Assembly: GCA_040756235.1 (NCBI GenBank)
Contig: JBFLZG010000114.1
Coordinates: 32,001 to 96,000 of the forward strand
Reading direction: 5' to 3'
Source: a bacterium
GTDB taxonomy: Bacteria; Desulfobacterota; DSWW01
DNA: 64,000 nt
Below are positions 46,666 to 59,844 of this stretch, in pieces. The notes beneath the pieces were generated by a model, which saw only the letters and a list, made by a program, of their open reading frames with translations, did not search any database and was not told where the DNA came from. Made by a program: the position numbers and the translations under genes. How positions within the stretch are numbered: position 1 is the stretch's first letter; every line of letters begins with the position of its first letter.

Positions 46666-47268
46666 ATGGAATCTGCCACGCCGTGCCGCTCAGCGGCTGC
46701 CTCCGTCACGCTCTACACGGTGGGCCATTCCACCCGCACGTGGGAAGAGCTCGTCGATCTCCTGCATTCCTTCGACATCCGGTGCGTATGGGACGTCCGG
46801 CGCTACCCGGGATCGAGGCGATTCCCCCAGTTCGAGCGCGCGCACATGGAGACGGCACTGCCGCGGGAGGAGATCGCCTACCAGTGGGCAGAGGCGCTCG
46901 GCGGCCGGCGCCGCAGCACGGCCGGCGCGAGTTCTCCCAACCAGGGGCTGGAGAGCCCGGGCCTGCGCGCCTATGCGGACCACATGGCGACCGATCTCTT
47001 CCGCCAGGCGGTTCAAAGGCTCGTGGCTCGCGCCGCAGCCACCTGCTCATCGGTCCTGTGCGCGGAGCGGCTCTACTGGAAGTGCCACAGAAGGCTGCTG
47101 AGCGATTACCTGACCTCGCTCGGGGTCCATGTCGTGCACCTCGTCGAAGCCGGCCGCTGCGTCGAGCATGTCCTCACGCCGGGCGTGGTGCTTCAGCCGG
47201 GCGGCGGAGTCCTGTACCTTTGCCGTTCCCGGGGCGGCGGCCCGCATGCGGGCGGCCTGTTCGGCTGA
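46666..47268 (+). CDS. DUF488 family protein
   Basis: YTVGHSTR, DVRRYPGSRRFPQF, LGGRR, YADHM, CAE..YWKCHR. Confidence 0.85.
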   Translation: MESATPCRSAAASVTLYTVGHSTRTWEELVDLLHSFDIRCVWDVRRYPGSRRFPQFERAHMETALPREEIAYQWAEALGGRRRSTAGASSPNQGLESPGLRAYADHMATDLFRQAVQRLVARAAATCSSVLCAERLYWKCHRRLLSDYLTSLGVHVVHLVEAGRCVEHVLTPGVVLQPGGGVLYLCRSRGGGPHAGGLFG

Positions 47269-47358
47269 GCCCCGTGTCAGGGCTTGTGCCGGTTTTGGGA
47301 CAGGCTCTAGTTGGCTGCGGCTCCCTCGTCGGGCCCCCTCCGGCTCCCTCCTCGCTCC

Positions 47359-47386
47359 TTGACAAGGGACCGGGGGTCCGTATCAT
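47359..47386 (+). promoter_or_regulatory. Sigma70-type promoter
   Basis: TTGACA-N16-TATCAT upstream of the HtrA-dnaJ unit. Confidence 0.55.
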
Positions 47387-47439
47387 GAAAACTTCCCTGA
47401 ATGCCTGCCTGAAGTGAATCCAGGGCACCGAAGGGGCTC

Positions 47440-48918
47440 ATGTCCGCGATCTCGAAGGGCTTCTACAAACATTTGCGTCCTGGGGAGCGGCGCCGGCCGG
47501 CGCCTGGTGAGCGCTCGGCCGTACGGCTCTGCCGCACCCTTGCCGCGGCTTGGCTGATCCTCAATGCGCTGCCGGGGACGGCCGCAGCCGCGGAGCCCGT
47601 ACCCGTGTCCCGCCGGAGCCCGGTCGTGGAGCTGGTCGACCGCTGCAGCCCGGCCGTGGTCAACATCTCGACCGAAACCGAGGAGGCCCAGCCCGCGTAT
47701 CCCTTTCTGGGAGGGCCGAGAGACCCGGTGCTGGACGAATTCTTCAACCGGTTCTTTGCTCCGCAGCGGGAAAGGCCGTTCCAGCGGAGAAGCCTCGGTT
47801 CCGGGGTGCTGATCGACGGAAAGGGACACGTACTGACCAACTACCACGTGGTGCTCAAGGCGAGCCGGATCCATGCGACGCTGGTCTCCGGCAAGGAGTA
47901 TCCGGCAGACCTCGTGGGTAGCGATCCGGGTTCGGACCTGGCGGTCCTGCGCATCACCCTCGAGCATGGGGTGAACCCGGTCCCGCTGGGCACCTCTTCG
48001 GATCTCATGATCGGCGAGACCGTCGTTGCGATCGGAAATCCCTTCGGCCTTTCGCACACCGTCACCACGGGAGTCATCAGTGCGCTCAACCGATCGGTGC
48101 AGGTGGCGGACCAGGTGTACGAGGACTTCATCCAGACCGATGCGGCCATCAACCCCGGGAACAGCGGCGGGCCGCTCCTCAACATCCGGGGGGAGCTCAT
48201 CGGGATCAACACCGCCATTCATGGCGATGCCCAGGGAATCGGGTTCGCCATCCCGGTGGATCGAGCCCGCCGCATCGTGGAAGAGCTGCTCCTGTACGGA
48301 GAGGTTCAACCGGTCTGGTTCGGCATGGAGCTGCAGGAGCTGAGCCCTGAAGTGGCCAAGTACCTGGGGTTCGGTGAGAAAGGGGGCATTCTGGTTTCCG
48401 AGGTGCACCCCGATGGTCCGGCGGCCAGGGGCGGCTTGCAGGTGCGGGACGTGCTCGTCTCGAGCGGCGACAGTCCTCTGACTTCGGCCTCCGAGTACTG
48501 GAGGGTCATGCAGCAGATCCGCGCCAACCAGGAGGTGGTCTTCAGGATATTCCGCCAGGGCCGTCTCTTCCCCGTGAGACTCAAGGCGGAGGCCATGCCC
48601 GAAGAACAGATCGACGGCCTCTCTCTCCGGCTGCTGGGGGTCCGCCTGGCGGAGATCGCTGCCGTGCAGGGGGCCGCGCCGCAGTCCGCCGGGCAAGGGC
48701 TGGTGATCGATGCGGTCGTCAGGGGCAGCCAGGCGGACCAGATCGGGCTCAGGCCGGGGGACTTCGTCCTCAAGATCAACGATCACGGTTTGGGGAGCCT
48801 CAAGGACTTTCGCCACGAGCTTGCCCGTCTTCGGTGCCGGCCGAACGTCTCCCTGCAGGTCCTCAGAGGGAGATACCTCTACTACGTGACCCTGGATCTG
48901 AAGGGCTTTTCCTCTTGA
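47440..48918 (+). CDS. HtrA/DegP-family serine protease with two PDZ domains
   Basis: SLGSGVLI, TNYHVV, SDLAVL, IGNPFGL, IQTDAAINPGNSGGPL. Start uncertain. Confidence 0.9.
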   Translation: MSAISKGFYKHLRPGERRRPAPGERSAVRLCRTLAAAWLILNALPGTAAAAEPVPVSRRSPVVELVDRCSPAVVNISTETEEAQPAYPFLGGPRDPVLDEFFNRFFAPQRERPFQRRSLGSGVLIDGKGHVLTNYHVVLKASRIHATLVSGKEYPADLVGSDPGSDLAVLRITLEHGVNPVPLGTSSDLMIGETVVAIGNPFGLSHTVTTGVISALNRSVQVADQVYEDFIQTDAAINPGNSGGPLLNIRGELIGINTAIHGDAQGIGFAIPVDRARRIVEELLLYGEVQPVWFGMELQELSPEVAKYLGFGEKGGILVSEVHPDGPAARGGLQVRDVLVSSGDSPLTSASEYWRVMQQIRANQEVVFRIFRQGRLFPVRLKAEAMPEEQIDGLSLRLLGVRLAEIAAVQGAAPQSAGQGLVIDAVVRGSQADQIGLRPGDFVLKINDHGLGSLKDFRHELARLRCRPNVSLQVLRGRYLYYVTLDLKGFSS

Positions 48919-48984
48919 TTTCCAAGAGATTGTTGTTAACTTACTGCATCGGTTTCGGAAGCCGCAGATGATTTCTGCCATTCG

Positions 48985-50515
<1,531 letters not shown>

Positions 50516-50773
50516 GGGCCCGTTCCGAGAGCCCGTCCGCAAGAGGCTCTCCGCCAGGCCGGTCGAATCGTTCCCGTAGGGCACGCAAAGGGGTCGTCTG
50601 TTGCCAGAGATCCTGATGCCTTCTTAGACAGAATGAATCGAGTACAGTGATCGCGACAGTTGCGCCGCAACGCCACCAGGGACGAGCGGAGCGCGGCACC
50701 GAGACGTGTTTCGCTGCCTGCCTCACCTCATCTGACCTTTCCACCGACTGCCACTCGAACAGGAGAGGAGCAC

Positions 50774-51483
<710 letters not shown>

Positions 51484-51487
<4 letters not shown>

Positions 51488-52272
51488 AGGCGCTGGCGGA
51501 CGTCTTTCACGTGGCAGGCAGAGAGCTGCGCTCCTATTTCGTTTCCCCGATCGCCTACGTGGTGCTGACCGGCTATGTCGTTCTGTCGGGCTGGTTCTTC
51601 TTCAATTTGCTGGTCCAGTTCAATCGCGTCCTCGGCATGTACGAGATGATGCGAAGGCAGGACGTGGCGATGCAGATGAACCTGAACGACATGGTCATGA
51701 CGCCGCTCTTCTACAACATGACCATCGTTCTGCTCATCATGATTCCGCTCATCACCATGCGCCTTTTCGCAGAGGAAAAGAAGCTCAAGACAGATGAGCT
51801 GCTGCTCACCTCCCCCCTCTCGATTCAGTCGATCGTCACAGGCAAGTATCTGGCGAGCCTGTGCTTTTTCGTCCTCATCCTGCTGCTCACCGGGATCTAC
51901 CCGTGGATCCTCTTCCACTACGGCTCCCCTGCGCCGGAGGCCGGTTCCATCCTGGCGGGCTACCTCGGGCTGTTCCTGCTGGGATCTTCCTTCATCGCCG
52001 TGGGGCTGTTTGCCTCGTCTTTGACCGAGAACCAGATCGTGGCGGCCGTGATCTGTTTCGTCACCCTGCTGCTCTTCTTCGTCATCGGATGGCCGGCCGA
52101 GACGGTAGGCTCGACCCCCGGCAAGGTGCTCCAATATCTCTCCCTCATCGAGCACTTCAATGATTTTCCGAAGGGCCTCATCGAAAGCCGGCACCTCGTG
52201 TTCTTCGTGAGCTTCATCCTGTTTGCGCTCTTTCTCACCAAGCGATCCATTGAATCGTTCAGATGGAGGTAG
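51484..52272 (+). CDS. ABC transporter permease (GldF-like)
   Basis: RELRSYFVSPIAY, TMRLFAEEKK..TDELLLTSP, GLFASSLTENQIVA. Confidence 0.88.
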
Positions 52273-52278
52273 GATCCC

Positions 52279-53820
52279 ATGAAGAAGTCGAGCCAGATTG
52301 CCGGGCTTTGCGGATTCCTCCTGCTCCTGTTCGGAGTGGCGGAATTTCTTTTCACGAGGCAGTTTTCCCTGTACACGGGGATTCACCTGGGCGGGGGAGC
52401 TGTCCTGGTCGTCTTCAGCCTGATCTTCAACCTGGGGGGGGTCTGGTCCACCCTGGGCGAGCGCTCCACGCGCTACGGCGCGAATGCGGTCCTGTACACG
52501 GCCGTGTTTCTGGCGATCCTGGGCCTCCTCAACTTCGTTTCCAACGCCCATTCCTGGCGCAAAGACCTGACGGAAGGGGGGGTGTTCAGCCTCTCCGATC
52601 AGAGCCAGAAGATCCTGGAGAACCTCAAAGAGGACGTGGAGGTGCTGGCTTTCTTCGAGATGGCGAAAGGCAGCAAGCTCGAAGACCTTCTGAAGAACTA
52701 CGGCAACGCCTCCAAACGCTTTCGCTACGAGTTCATCGATCCGGTCAAACATCCGGAAAAGGCGAAGCAGTACGAAATCACGCAAAGTGAGATTCTCGTC
52801 GTGAAGAGCGGCGACCGGACCAACAAGATCACGGGCACGGCGGAAGAAGACATCACCAATGCCATTCTCAAGGTTTCCAAGCAGGAGCAGAAGAAGATCT
52901 ACTTCCTCGCCGGACATGGAGAGCCCGCGCTGAACAACCAGGAGCAGAACGGATACGAGATCGTCCGCAAAGCGCTCGAAAACGAGAACTACCAGGTGAG
53001 CGAGCTGAAGCTGTTCATGCAGGAGAACGTCCCTCAGGATTGTACGGTCCTCGTTCTCGCCGGCTCCCAGAAGAGCCTGGAGCCGAGTGAGCTGGACGCG
53101 ATCCAGCGCTACCTCGACCAGGGCGGAAACGCTCTGTTCCTGCTGGACCCGGGGGGATCGCCCGGGATCGCTCCGTTCCTGGCGAAATGGGGCGTCAAGG
53201 TCGGTGACGATGCAGTCGTGGATCAGGTCTTCCGCCTCTTCCAGGGGCCCTCGTTGGGGGTCGACCCTATCGTCGAGGAGTTCGGATCGCATGAGATCGT
53301 GAAAGATTTCCAGGGCCAGGTCATCTTCCATCTGGTCCGCTCGGTGCAGCCCGAAAACGATATTCCGCAGGGGGTCAACGTGGTCTCCCTGGCCAAGACG
53401 AGCCCCAAGAGCTGGGCCGAGACGGACCTGGCAAGCCTCTTCCAGAAGGGGGAGGTCGCCCATACGGCCGATGACCTGTCCGGGCCCGTCTCCGTTGCCG
53501 TCGCCCTCACGGCCGAGCGGCAGGGAAGCGAGCAAGGGGAAGGCGAGGAGGGCAAGGAAGCCAAGATCGTCGTGTTCGGCGATTCGGACTTCGTCGGCAA
53601 CCGCAACATCGGGAACATGTACAATGCGGACCTTTTCCTGAACACGGTCAACTGGCTGGCCGGCGAGGAAGAGTTCATCTCCATCCGGCCCAAGGCGACG
53701 CGCGGCTCCAGAGTGGCCATGACGCCTCAGCAGACCAGAGACATCTTCTACTTCTCCGTGCTCATTCTGCCTGAAGCCCTGCTGCTGTTCGGGCTCGCCA
53801 TCTGGTGGCGAAGGAGGTAA
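52279..53820 (+). CDS. GldG-family ABC transporter auxiliary component
   Basis: N-terminal TMs, DLTEGGVFSLS, IYFLAGHGE, VVFGDSDF, NADLFLNTVNWL, C-terminal TM ending WWRRR. Confidence 0.85.
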   Translation: MKKSSQIAGLCGFLLLLFGVAEFLFTRQFSLYTGIHLGGGAVLVVFSLIFNLGGVWSTLGERSTRYGANAVLYTAVFLAILGLLNFVSNAHSWRKDLTEGGVFSLSDQSQKILENLKEDVEVLAFFEMAKGSKLEDLLKNYGNASKRFRYEFIDPVKHPEKAKQYEITQSEILVVKSGDRTNKITGTAEEDITNAILKVSKQEQKKIYFLAGHGEPALNNQEQNGYEIVRKALENENYQVSELKLFMQENVPQDCTVLVLAGSQKSLEPSELDAIQRYLDQGGNALFLLDPGGSPGIAPFLAKWGVKVGDDAVVDQVFRLFQGPSLGVDPIVEEFGSHEIVKDFQGQVIFHLVRSVQPENDIPQGVNVVSLAKTSPKSWAETDLASLFQKGEVAHTADDLSGPVSVAVALTAERQGSEQGEGEEGKEAKIVVFGDSDFVGNRNIGNMYNADLFLNTVNWLAGEEEFISIRPKATRGSRVAMTPQQTRDIFYFSVLILPEALLLFGLAIWWRRR

Positions 53821-53827
53821 GGGGACC

Positions 53828-55753
53828 ATGAAGTTCCGGACGACCGTGCTGGCTGCCCTGCTGCTCGCCCTGGTCGGGGCTTACGTGTACTATTTCGAGT
53901 ACAAGAAGCCTCAGGAGAAGAAGAGCCGGGAGGAGAAGGAGAAGGCCGTCTTCGCGCTGGACTGGGACCGACTCTCCGGCCTGAAGATCGAAAACGCCCA
54001 TGGTATTTTCGTCTTTGAGAAACAAGCGGCACAGCAGAAGCCGGAGGAGCCCTCCCCGGGGGCGGCGCAGCAGCAGGAGTGGCGCATCCGGGAGCCGGTG
54101 AAAGCCGATGCGGACAGCACCGGCATGAACAGCCTGGTGAGCTCGCTGAAGGGCCTCCAGACACAGCAGGTGGTTGCCGAGGTTCCGGAAGATCCCGGAG
54201 TCTTCGGCCTCAAGCGGCCCCGATTGAAGGTCCAAGTTCTGCTGAAGGAGGGCGAGTCGCCCCCGCCCCTTCTCATCGGTGACAAGAGCCCGGTCGGCCA
54301 GAACTCCTACGCCATGCGGGAGGGAGAATCTAAGGTCCTGCTGCTCAGTTCCAACCTGGAGACACAGCTGGACAAGCCGCTCATCGACTTCCGGGAAAAA
54401 AGGCTCTTCACTTTCAAGCGCGAAGACGCCGAGCAGCTCCGCATCTACCGCAAGGGCGAGCGCAGTCTGGAGCTGGAGAGAGAGGGCGCCGGGTGGAAGA
54501 TTCGCTATCCGATCGAGGCCCGCGCTTCAGAGACCGAGGTGAACGAGCTCCTCAACAAGCTGACAACCCTCCGGGCTCACTCCTTTGCCGAAGAGGAGGC
54601 GCAGGATCTGAAGGCGTACGGGCTCTCCGATCCGCAGTGGAAGGTGGAGGTTGCCCTGGCCCCGGATCACGCGCTGGCCACCCTCCTGTTGGGAGAGGCA
54701 CGCGGCGGTGAAGAGAAGACGGGGACCATCTACGCGAAACGGGCCGAGAGGCCGGCGGTCGTCACCCTGCAGAGCGATCTGACCCAGACCCTCGAGCGAG
54801 AGCCGGAAGAGTTCCGGGAGAAGAAGGTCTTCCCGTTCAATACCTGGGAAGTGGCCAAGGCGGAGCTCGAATGGAAGGGTCAGAAGGCGACCCTTGTCAA
54901 AGCAGAGGGCAATCGCTGGCGCATCACGGATCCGATCCAGGCCAGGGCAGACTCCGGGAAAGTCTCCTCCCTGCTGACGACCCTGAGCCGCCTGGAGGCG
55001 GATTCCTTTATCGAGGCCCCGGCGACGGACAGCGGCCTGGCCGACTACGGACTCGCAGACCCGATCGCCAAGATGACGCTGCACAAGGAGGCGGAGAGGG
55101 AAGAACCGCAGGAGGAGGGGGAGGAGAAGGAAGAACAGCCGGAAGGGCAGGCTGAAGAGGGGTTTTTCAAGCTGGGAACGCTCCTTCTGGGCAAGGTCAC
55201 GGCAGACGGCACGGAGAAGTGGTTTGCCGCGGTCGAAGGAGTCGGCACCGTCTTTTCCGTCCCGTCCGATCCGCTGCGGAGCGAGCTGCCCGGCGACGTG
55301 GAGGAGCTGCGGGACCACAAGCTTCTGAGCTTCTACAGATATCAGGTCGACTCCCTGGAGTCCCGGGGACCCGCCGGCACGTTCGCCCTCGCGCGCAAAG
55401 GGGAGGGCTGGGAAATCGAGAAAGGGGGATCCGGCAAGGCGGAAGACAAGAGCGTGAACCAGCTGCTCGATCTTCTTTCCGGGCTCGAGGTGCGGCGCTA
55501 TGCCGAGGCCGCTCCTGCCGATCTCTCCGGCTACGGGCTGGCCATCCCCGAATACAGAATCTCGATCCGTCAGGAGCAGGAAACAGGAGGCGACGAGACG
55601 CTCGGAGTCCTTCTTCTCGCCGACAGGGGGCCGGAAGGGGAACCGGACCTGGTTTACACCATGGAGGAAGGAGACGGCTGGATCGGGCTCATGGCCAAGG
55701 ACACGAAGGACAAACTGGTGCAGGCACTGGCTCCTTTTGCCCCGAAACCTTGA
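53828..55753 (+). CDS. DUF4340 domain-containing protein
   Basis: N-terminal TM; four internal repeats of W.I..P..A.AD...V..LL..L..L.......DL..YGL..P. Confidence 0.78.
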   Translation: MKFRTTVLAALLLALVGAYVYYFEYKKPQEKKSREEKEKAVFALDWDRLSGLKIENAHGIFVFEKQAAQQKPEEPSPGAAQQQEWRIREPVKADADSTGMNSLVSSLKGLQTQQVVAEVPEDPGVFGLKRPRLKVQVLLKEGESPPPLLIGDKSPVGQNSYAMREGESKVLLLSSNLETQLDKPLIDFREKRLFTFKREDAEQLRIYRKGERSLELEREGAGWKIRYPIEARASETEVNELLNKLTTLRAHSFAEEEAQDLKAYGLSDPQWKVEVALAPDHALATLLLGEARGGEEKTGTIYAKRAERPAVVTLQSDLTQTLEREPEEFREKKVFPFNTWEVAKAELEWKGQKATLVKAEGNRWRITDPIQARADSGKVSSLLTTLSRLEADSFIEAPATDSGLADYGLADPIAKMTLHKEAEREEPQEEGEEKEEQPEGQAEEGFFKLGTLLLGKVTADGTEKWFAAVEGVGTVFSVPSDPLRSELPGDVEELRDHKLLSFYRYQVDSLESRGPAGTFALARKGEGWEIEKGGSGKAEDKSVNQLLDLLSGLEVRRYAEAAPADLSGYGLAIPEYRISIRQEQETGGDETLGVLLLADRGPEGEPDLVYTMEEGDGWIGLMAKDTKDKLVQALAPFAPKP

Positions 55754-55778
55754 CTCTCGTGAGGGGGATGCTTACTTT
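55749..55778 (+). promoter_or_regulatory. Candidate dnaK promoter
   Basis: TTGACT-N17-TACTTT overlapping the upstream stop, followed by an AT-rich leader and RBS AAGGAG. Confidence 0.45.
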
Positions 55779-55860
55779 CACGAAGTCAAAAAATGTAAGA
55801 AAATACGGAAGATCCCCATTCTGAAGCAAGGGACGAATCTTCAAAAAGGAGCTGGTAGAA

Positions 55861-57777
55861 ATGGGAAAAATCATCGGCATCGACCTCGGGACGACGAACT
55901 CGGTGGTAGCGGTCATGGAGGGAGGCGATCCTGTCGTCATTCCCAACGAGGAAGGCGGTCGAACCACACCTTCGGTCGTGGGTTTCACGAAGGACGGGGA
56001 GCGCCTGGTCGGTCAGGTGGCGAAGCGCCAGGCCATCACGAATCCTCAGAACACGGTCTCTTCGATCAAGAGATTCATGGGTCGTCGTTTCAACGAGGTG
56101 ACCGGCGAAATCGCCATGGTTCCCTACAAGGTGATCGCGGCCCCGAACCAGGACGTGCGCATCAAGATCCGGGACAAGGAGTTTTCGCCTCCCGAGATCT
56201 CCGCGCTCATTCTGCAGAAGCTCAGGGTGGCAGCGGAGAATTACCTCGGAGAGAAAGTGACGGACGCCGTCATCACGGTGCCGGCCTACTTCAACGACAG
56301 CCAGCGGCAGGCGACCAAGGACGCGGGAACCGTTGCGGGCCTGAATGTCCGCCGCATTATCAACGAGCCGACGGCGGCCGCGCTCGCCTATGGGCTCGAC
56401 AAGAAGAGGGACGAGACGATTGCGGTCTACGACTTCGGCGGCGGCACCTTCGATATCTCCATCCTGGAGGTCGGGGACAACGTGGTGGAGGTCAAGGCGA
56501 CCAACGGCAATACCCATCTGGGCGGGGACGACCTGGACCAGAGGATCATCGAGTGGATCGTCACCGAGTTCAAGAGGGACCAGGGAATCGATCTGAGCAA
56601 GGACCTGATGGCCCTGCAGCGGCTGAAGGAAGCGGCCGAGAAGGCCAAGGTCGAGCTTTCCTCCACGCAGGAGACGGAGATCAACCTCCCGTTCATCACG
56701 GCCGATGCCAGCGGGCCCAAACACCTCAGCATGAAGCTGACGCGGGCCAAGTTCGAGCAGCTCGTCGATGACCTCATCCAGAAGAGCCTCGATCCCTGCC
56801 GGATGTGTCTCAAAGACGCGGGCCTCGCGCCCAAGGACATCGACGAAGTCGTCCTGGTGGGCGGGTCGACGCGCATTCCCAAGGTGCAGCAGGTCGTCCG
56901 GGAGCTGTTTGGCAAGGAGCCGAACAAGAGCGTGAACCCGGACGAAGTGGTGGCCGTCGGCGCCGCGATCCAGGGCGGGGTGCTTGCGGGCGAGGTCAAG
57001 GACGTTCTCCTGCTCGATGTCACGCCTCTGTCGCTGGGCATCGAAACCCTGGGAGGCGTGATGACCCGGCTCATCGAGCGGAACACGACCATCCCCACCC
57101 GCAAGAGCGAGATCTTCTCCACTGCGGCCGACAACCAGACGAGCGTGGAGATCCACGTGCTGCAGGGAGAGCGGGACATGGCCAACGACAACAGGACCCT
57201 GGGCCGGTTCCATCTCGTCGGGATCCCTGCTGCGCCGCGCGGCATGCCCCAGATCGAGGTGACGTTCGACATCGACGCGAACGGCATCCTCCATGTCTCG
57301 GCCAAGGACCTGGGCACGGGCAAAGAGCAGAAGATCACGGTCACGGCCTCGAGCGGCCTGGACAAGTCCGATATCAACAAGATGGTCGACGAAGCGTCTC
57401 GGCATGCAGACGAGGACAAGAAGAAGAGAGAGCGCGCCGAGGTCCGCAATCAGCTCGACAGTCTGGTCTACACCACGGAGAAGACCGTCAACGAGAACAA
57501 GGAAAAGCTGTCGGATGCCGATCGCAGGCCACTCGAGACGGCCCTGGAAGACGCCAAGAAGCTCTTGGAGCGGGCCGACAGTGCGGACGTTGCGGAGATG
57601 AAGCGGGCCATCGAGGAGTTGACCCGAGCTTCCCACAAGCTTGCCGAGGCGATGTACCAGCAGGCGGCTTCCCAGGGACGGACCGCCGACCGAGGCCAGG
57701 CCGCAGGCGGCGCCGGCGACGGCAAGGGCAAGGCCGACGAGGACGTCATCGACGCCGAGTACGAGGACGCAAAATAG
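55861..57777 (+). CDS. dnaK: Chaperone DnaK (Hsp70)
   Basis: [52 protein letters not shown]-terminal DVIDAEYED. Confidence 0.98.
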   Translation: MGKIIGIDLGTTNSVVAVMEGGDPVVIPNEEGGRTTPSVVGFTKDGERLVGQVAKRQAITNPQNTVSSIKRFMGRRFNEVTGEIAMVPYKVIAAPNQDVRIKIRDKEFSPPEISALILQKLRVAAENYLGEKVTDAVITVPAYFNDSQRQATKDAGTVAGLNVRRIINEPTAAALAYGLDKKRDETIAVYDFGGGTFDISILEVGDNVVEVKATNGNTHLGGDDLDQRIIEWIVTEFKRDQGIDLSKDLMALQRLKEAAEKAKVELSSTQETEINLPFITADASGPKHLSMKLTRAKFEQLVDDLIQKSLDPCRMCLKDAGLAPKDIDEVVLVGGSTRIPKVQQVVRELFGKEPNKSVNPDEVVAVGAAIQGGVLAGEVKDVLLLDVTPLSLGIETLGGVMTRLIERNTTIPTRKSEIFSTAADNQTSVEIHVLQGERDMANDNRTLGRFHLVGIPAAPRGMPQIEVTFDIDANGILHVSAKDLGTGKEQKITVTASSGLDKSDINKMVDEASRHADEDKKKRERAEVRNQLDSLVYTTEKTVNENKEKLSDADRRPLETALEDAKKLLERADSADVAEMKRAIEELTRASHKLAEAMYQQAASQGRTADRGQAAGGAGDGKGKADEDVIDAEYEDAK

Positions 57778-57946
57778 AACACAATTCAGGCATCTTAGCC
57801 AACGAGAGGGTGCGCGAGACCCGCTCTCGAGAGGCCGCTGGGTGCAAGGCGGCGGGCAATCGACCACGAAGGAGGTTCGGAGCCTGTCCCGGAGAGGGCC
57901 GGGAACGAAAGACAGCGCGACGCTGCCGTGCATGCAGAGACAGAGC

Positions 57947-57987
57947 CGGGGGGGGGCGTGCGACGACTCGCGCCTCCCTCGTTTTTT
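57947..57987 (+). terminator. Probable rho-independent terminator after dnaK
   Basis: G-rich arm pairing (with G-U) to CGCGCCTCCCTCG, followed by TTTTTT. Confidence 0.5.
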
Positions 57988-58114
57988 CGGAGTCCTGATC
58001 CGGGAACACGGCTCGTGAGCTCGCCATCTGTGTCCAGCATCTTCGTTTCCCGAACGCTGAGGAACCTTTTCGGGCGGGCAGATATCGAATTTCATGACTC
58101 TTTAGGAGGAAAAA

Positions 58115-58966
58115 ATGGGCAACACCCTGAAGACCACCTTGCTTCTGGGGCTCTTGACCGGCCTGATCCTGTGGATCGGGGGATATCTGGGCGGCCGATC
58201 AGGGATGATGATTGCGTTCGTGTTCGCCCTGGCCATGAACCTCGGCTCGTACTGGTTCTCCGACAAGATCGTCCTGGCCATGTACAGGGCCCGGCAGGTG
58301 GATCCGCAGCAGGCTCCCGGGCTCTACCGTATGGTGGAGCGACTGGCCCAGAGAGCGGAGCTGCCGATGCCGCGGGTCTTCGTGATTCCCTCGGATTCTC
58401 CGAATGCATTTGCCACCGGCCGGAATCCTCGCCATGCGGTGGTTGCCGTCACCCAGGGAATTCTGAAGCTGATGAGGGACGAAGAGCTGGAAGGCGTTCT
58501 CGCCCATGAGCTGGCCCACGTCAAGGACCGCGACATCCTGATCAGCACGATCGCCGCGACCATGGCTGGCGCCGTCATGATGCTGGCCAGCATGGCGCGC
58601 TGGACCGCGATTTTCGGCGGGTTCGGCGGACGGGATGACGAAGATCGGGGTGGCGGCATCTTCGGGCTCCTCTTCATGGCCATCCTCGCCCCGCTTGCGG
58701 CCATGCTGATCCAGCTCGCCATCTCGAGGACGCGCGAGTACCAGGCAGATGCGGAAGGAGCCAGGATCGCCGGACAGCCTTATGGGCTGGCCAGTGCCCT
58801 CGAGAAGCTCGGTCTGGCGACGCAACGTATCCCGCTGCAGGCCAATCCGGCCACCTCGCACCTGTTCATCGTGAACCCGTTGACCGGTAAGAGTCTCCAG
58901 TCTCTGTTCAGCACCCACCCGCCGCTCGAAGAAAGGATTCGGCGGCTCCGCGGGACCGCCGCATAG
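58115..58966 (+). CDS. htpX: Membrane zinc metalloprotease HtpX
   Basis: [24 protein letters not shown] (HExxH), [18 protein letters not shown]. Confidence 0.95.
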   Translation: MGNTLKTTLLLGLLTGLILWIGGYLGGRSGMMIAFVFALAMNLGSYWFSDKIVLAMYRARQVDPQQAPGLYRMVERLAQRAELPMPRVFVIPSDSPNAFATGRNPRHAVVAVTQGILKLMRDEELEGVLAHELAHVKDRDILISTIAATMAGAVMMLASMARWTAIFGGFGGRDDEDRGGGIFGLLFMAILAPLAAMLIQLAISRTREYQADAEGARIAGQPYGLASALEKLGLATQRIPLQANPATSHLFIVNPLTGKSLQSLFSTHPPLEERIRRLRGTAA

Positions 58967-59238
58967 GAGGCTGTCCGTAAATGCCCATCTGCTGCGTTGC
59001 ACTCATGGCGCATGGAGGCGAGGGGAGCCTGCCCCGGCGAAGGCCGGGGTCCACTATACTTCTACGTACGCCTCATTCCTCAGGATTTGACTCGCGCCGT
59101 CCATGGCGCTCGCCCGTCGGGCGCATCATCCTGGCGGATGGTGCGTCCAATTCCGCTGTCCTGCGGAATTGTCCTGCGCCTAGCATCTGGACATTTCTGA
59201 ACAGCCCCCCGGAGCCAAATCTTTTGGACGGGCTCCTG
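58967..59238. mobile_element. MITE-like intergenic repeat, copy 2, with a nested ~85-bp insertion
   Basis: Shares GCCCATCTGCTGCGTTGC, GAGCCTGCCCCGGCGAAGGCCGGGGTC, GTACGCCTCATTCCTCAGGA and GCATCTGG.CATTTCT with 40789-40952. Extra block at about 59089-59173. Confidence 0.75.
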
Positions 59239-59327
59239 GACTGGCTAGGCTAGGTCTGCGTAGGAGCAGACCCGCTCCAGAAGTTGCTGGAGGTCCGTTC
59301 CAGGAAATCAAAGGGGGACCCTGTGCC

Positions 59328-59783
59328 ATGAGCAAGGAAGAGCAGCAGGACAAGGGCTTTCGCGTCAGTGACCGGCGGCGAAGATCCTCGGTGGAAGGCG
59401 CTGCGGGAGGTGCCGGCAAGGAAGGCGAGCACCAGCATGCGACCGGCGCGTCCGAGGCTCCGGCGCAGGCTGGTGAGCGGGAGCCGGGTGCCCGAACGGA
59501 GGGCGAGCGGGAAAGAAAGCAATCCAGGGAGCTCCCGCCTGTCAATTTTTCCACTTTCGTCCTGTCCTTGAGCAGCTCGGTGCTGGTGCATCTGGGCCTG
59601 GCCGAGGACCCCGTCTCCGGAAGCGTCCAACGCGACCTGGACCTGGCCCGCCAGACGATCGACCTCTTGGGCATGTTGAAGGACAAGACCCGGGGAAATC
59701 TCTCGGAGGATGAAGGCCATTTGATGGACGGCATTTTGTATGACCTTCGTATGCGCTACGTGGAAGAGAAGAAAAAGGAGTGA
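59328..59783 (+). CDS. DUF1844 domain-containing protein
   Basis: KGFRVSDRRR, LPPVNFSTFVLSL, HLG, ARQTIDLLGMLKDKTRGNL, LYDLRMRYV. Confidence 0.85.
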   Translation: MSKEEQQDKGFRVSDRRRRSSVEGAAGGAGKEGEHQHATGASEAPAQAGEREPGARTEGERERKQSRELPPVNFSTFVLSLSSSVLVHLGLAEDPVSGSVQRDLDLARQTIDLLGMLKDKTRGNLSEDEGHLMDGILYDLRMRYVEEKKKE

Positions 59784-59844
59784 TGCTGAATCCTGAAGCG
59801 GATCTGGGGGACGCAACCGGACGCGTCTGGTGCAAAGGAGTTGA

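Noticed and set aside
50560..50670. Possible c-di-GMP-I riboswitch (GGCACGCAAAG)
   Set aside because: The upstream GGCAAACC/GNRA stem and a convincing second stem are missing. An Rfam scan would be needed to overturn this.
55786..58095. 769-aa minus-strand ORF opposite dnaK
   Set aside because: Antisense shadow of dnaK. Long open frames opposite hsp70 genes are a known artefact of codon bias in GC-rich genomes.
57778..58114. ncRNA between dnaK and htpX
   Set aside because: Several hairpins, but no SRP, 6S, RNase P or tmRNA signature; only a probable terminator is supported.
59089..59173. tRNA gene suggested by a cloverleaf-like fold
   Set aside because: No 7-bp acceptor stem, TTC T-loop or CCA end; it lies inside a repeat element.
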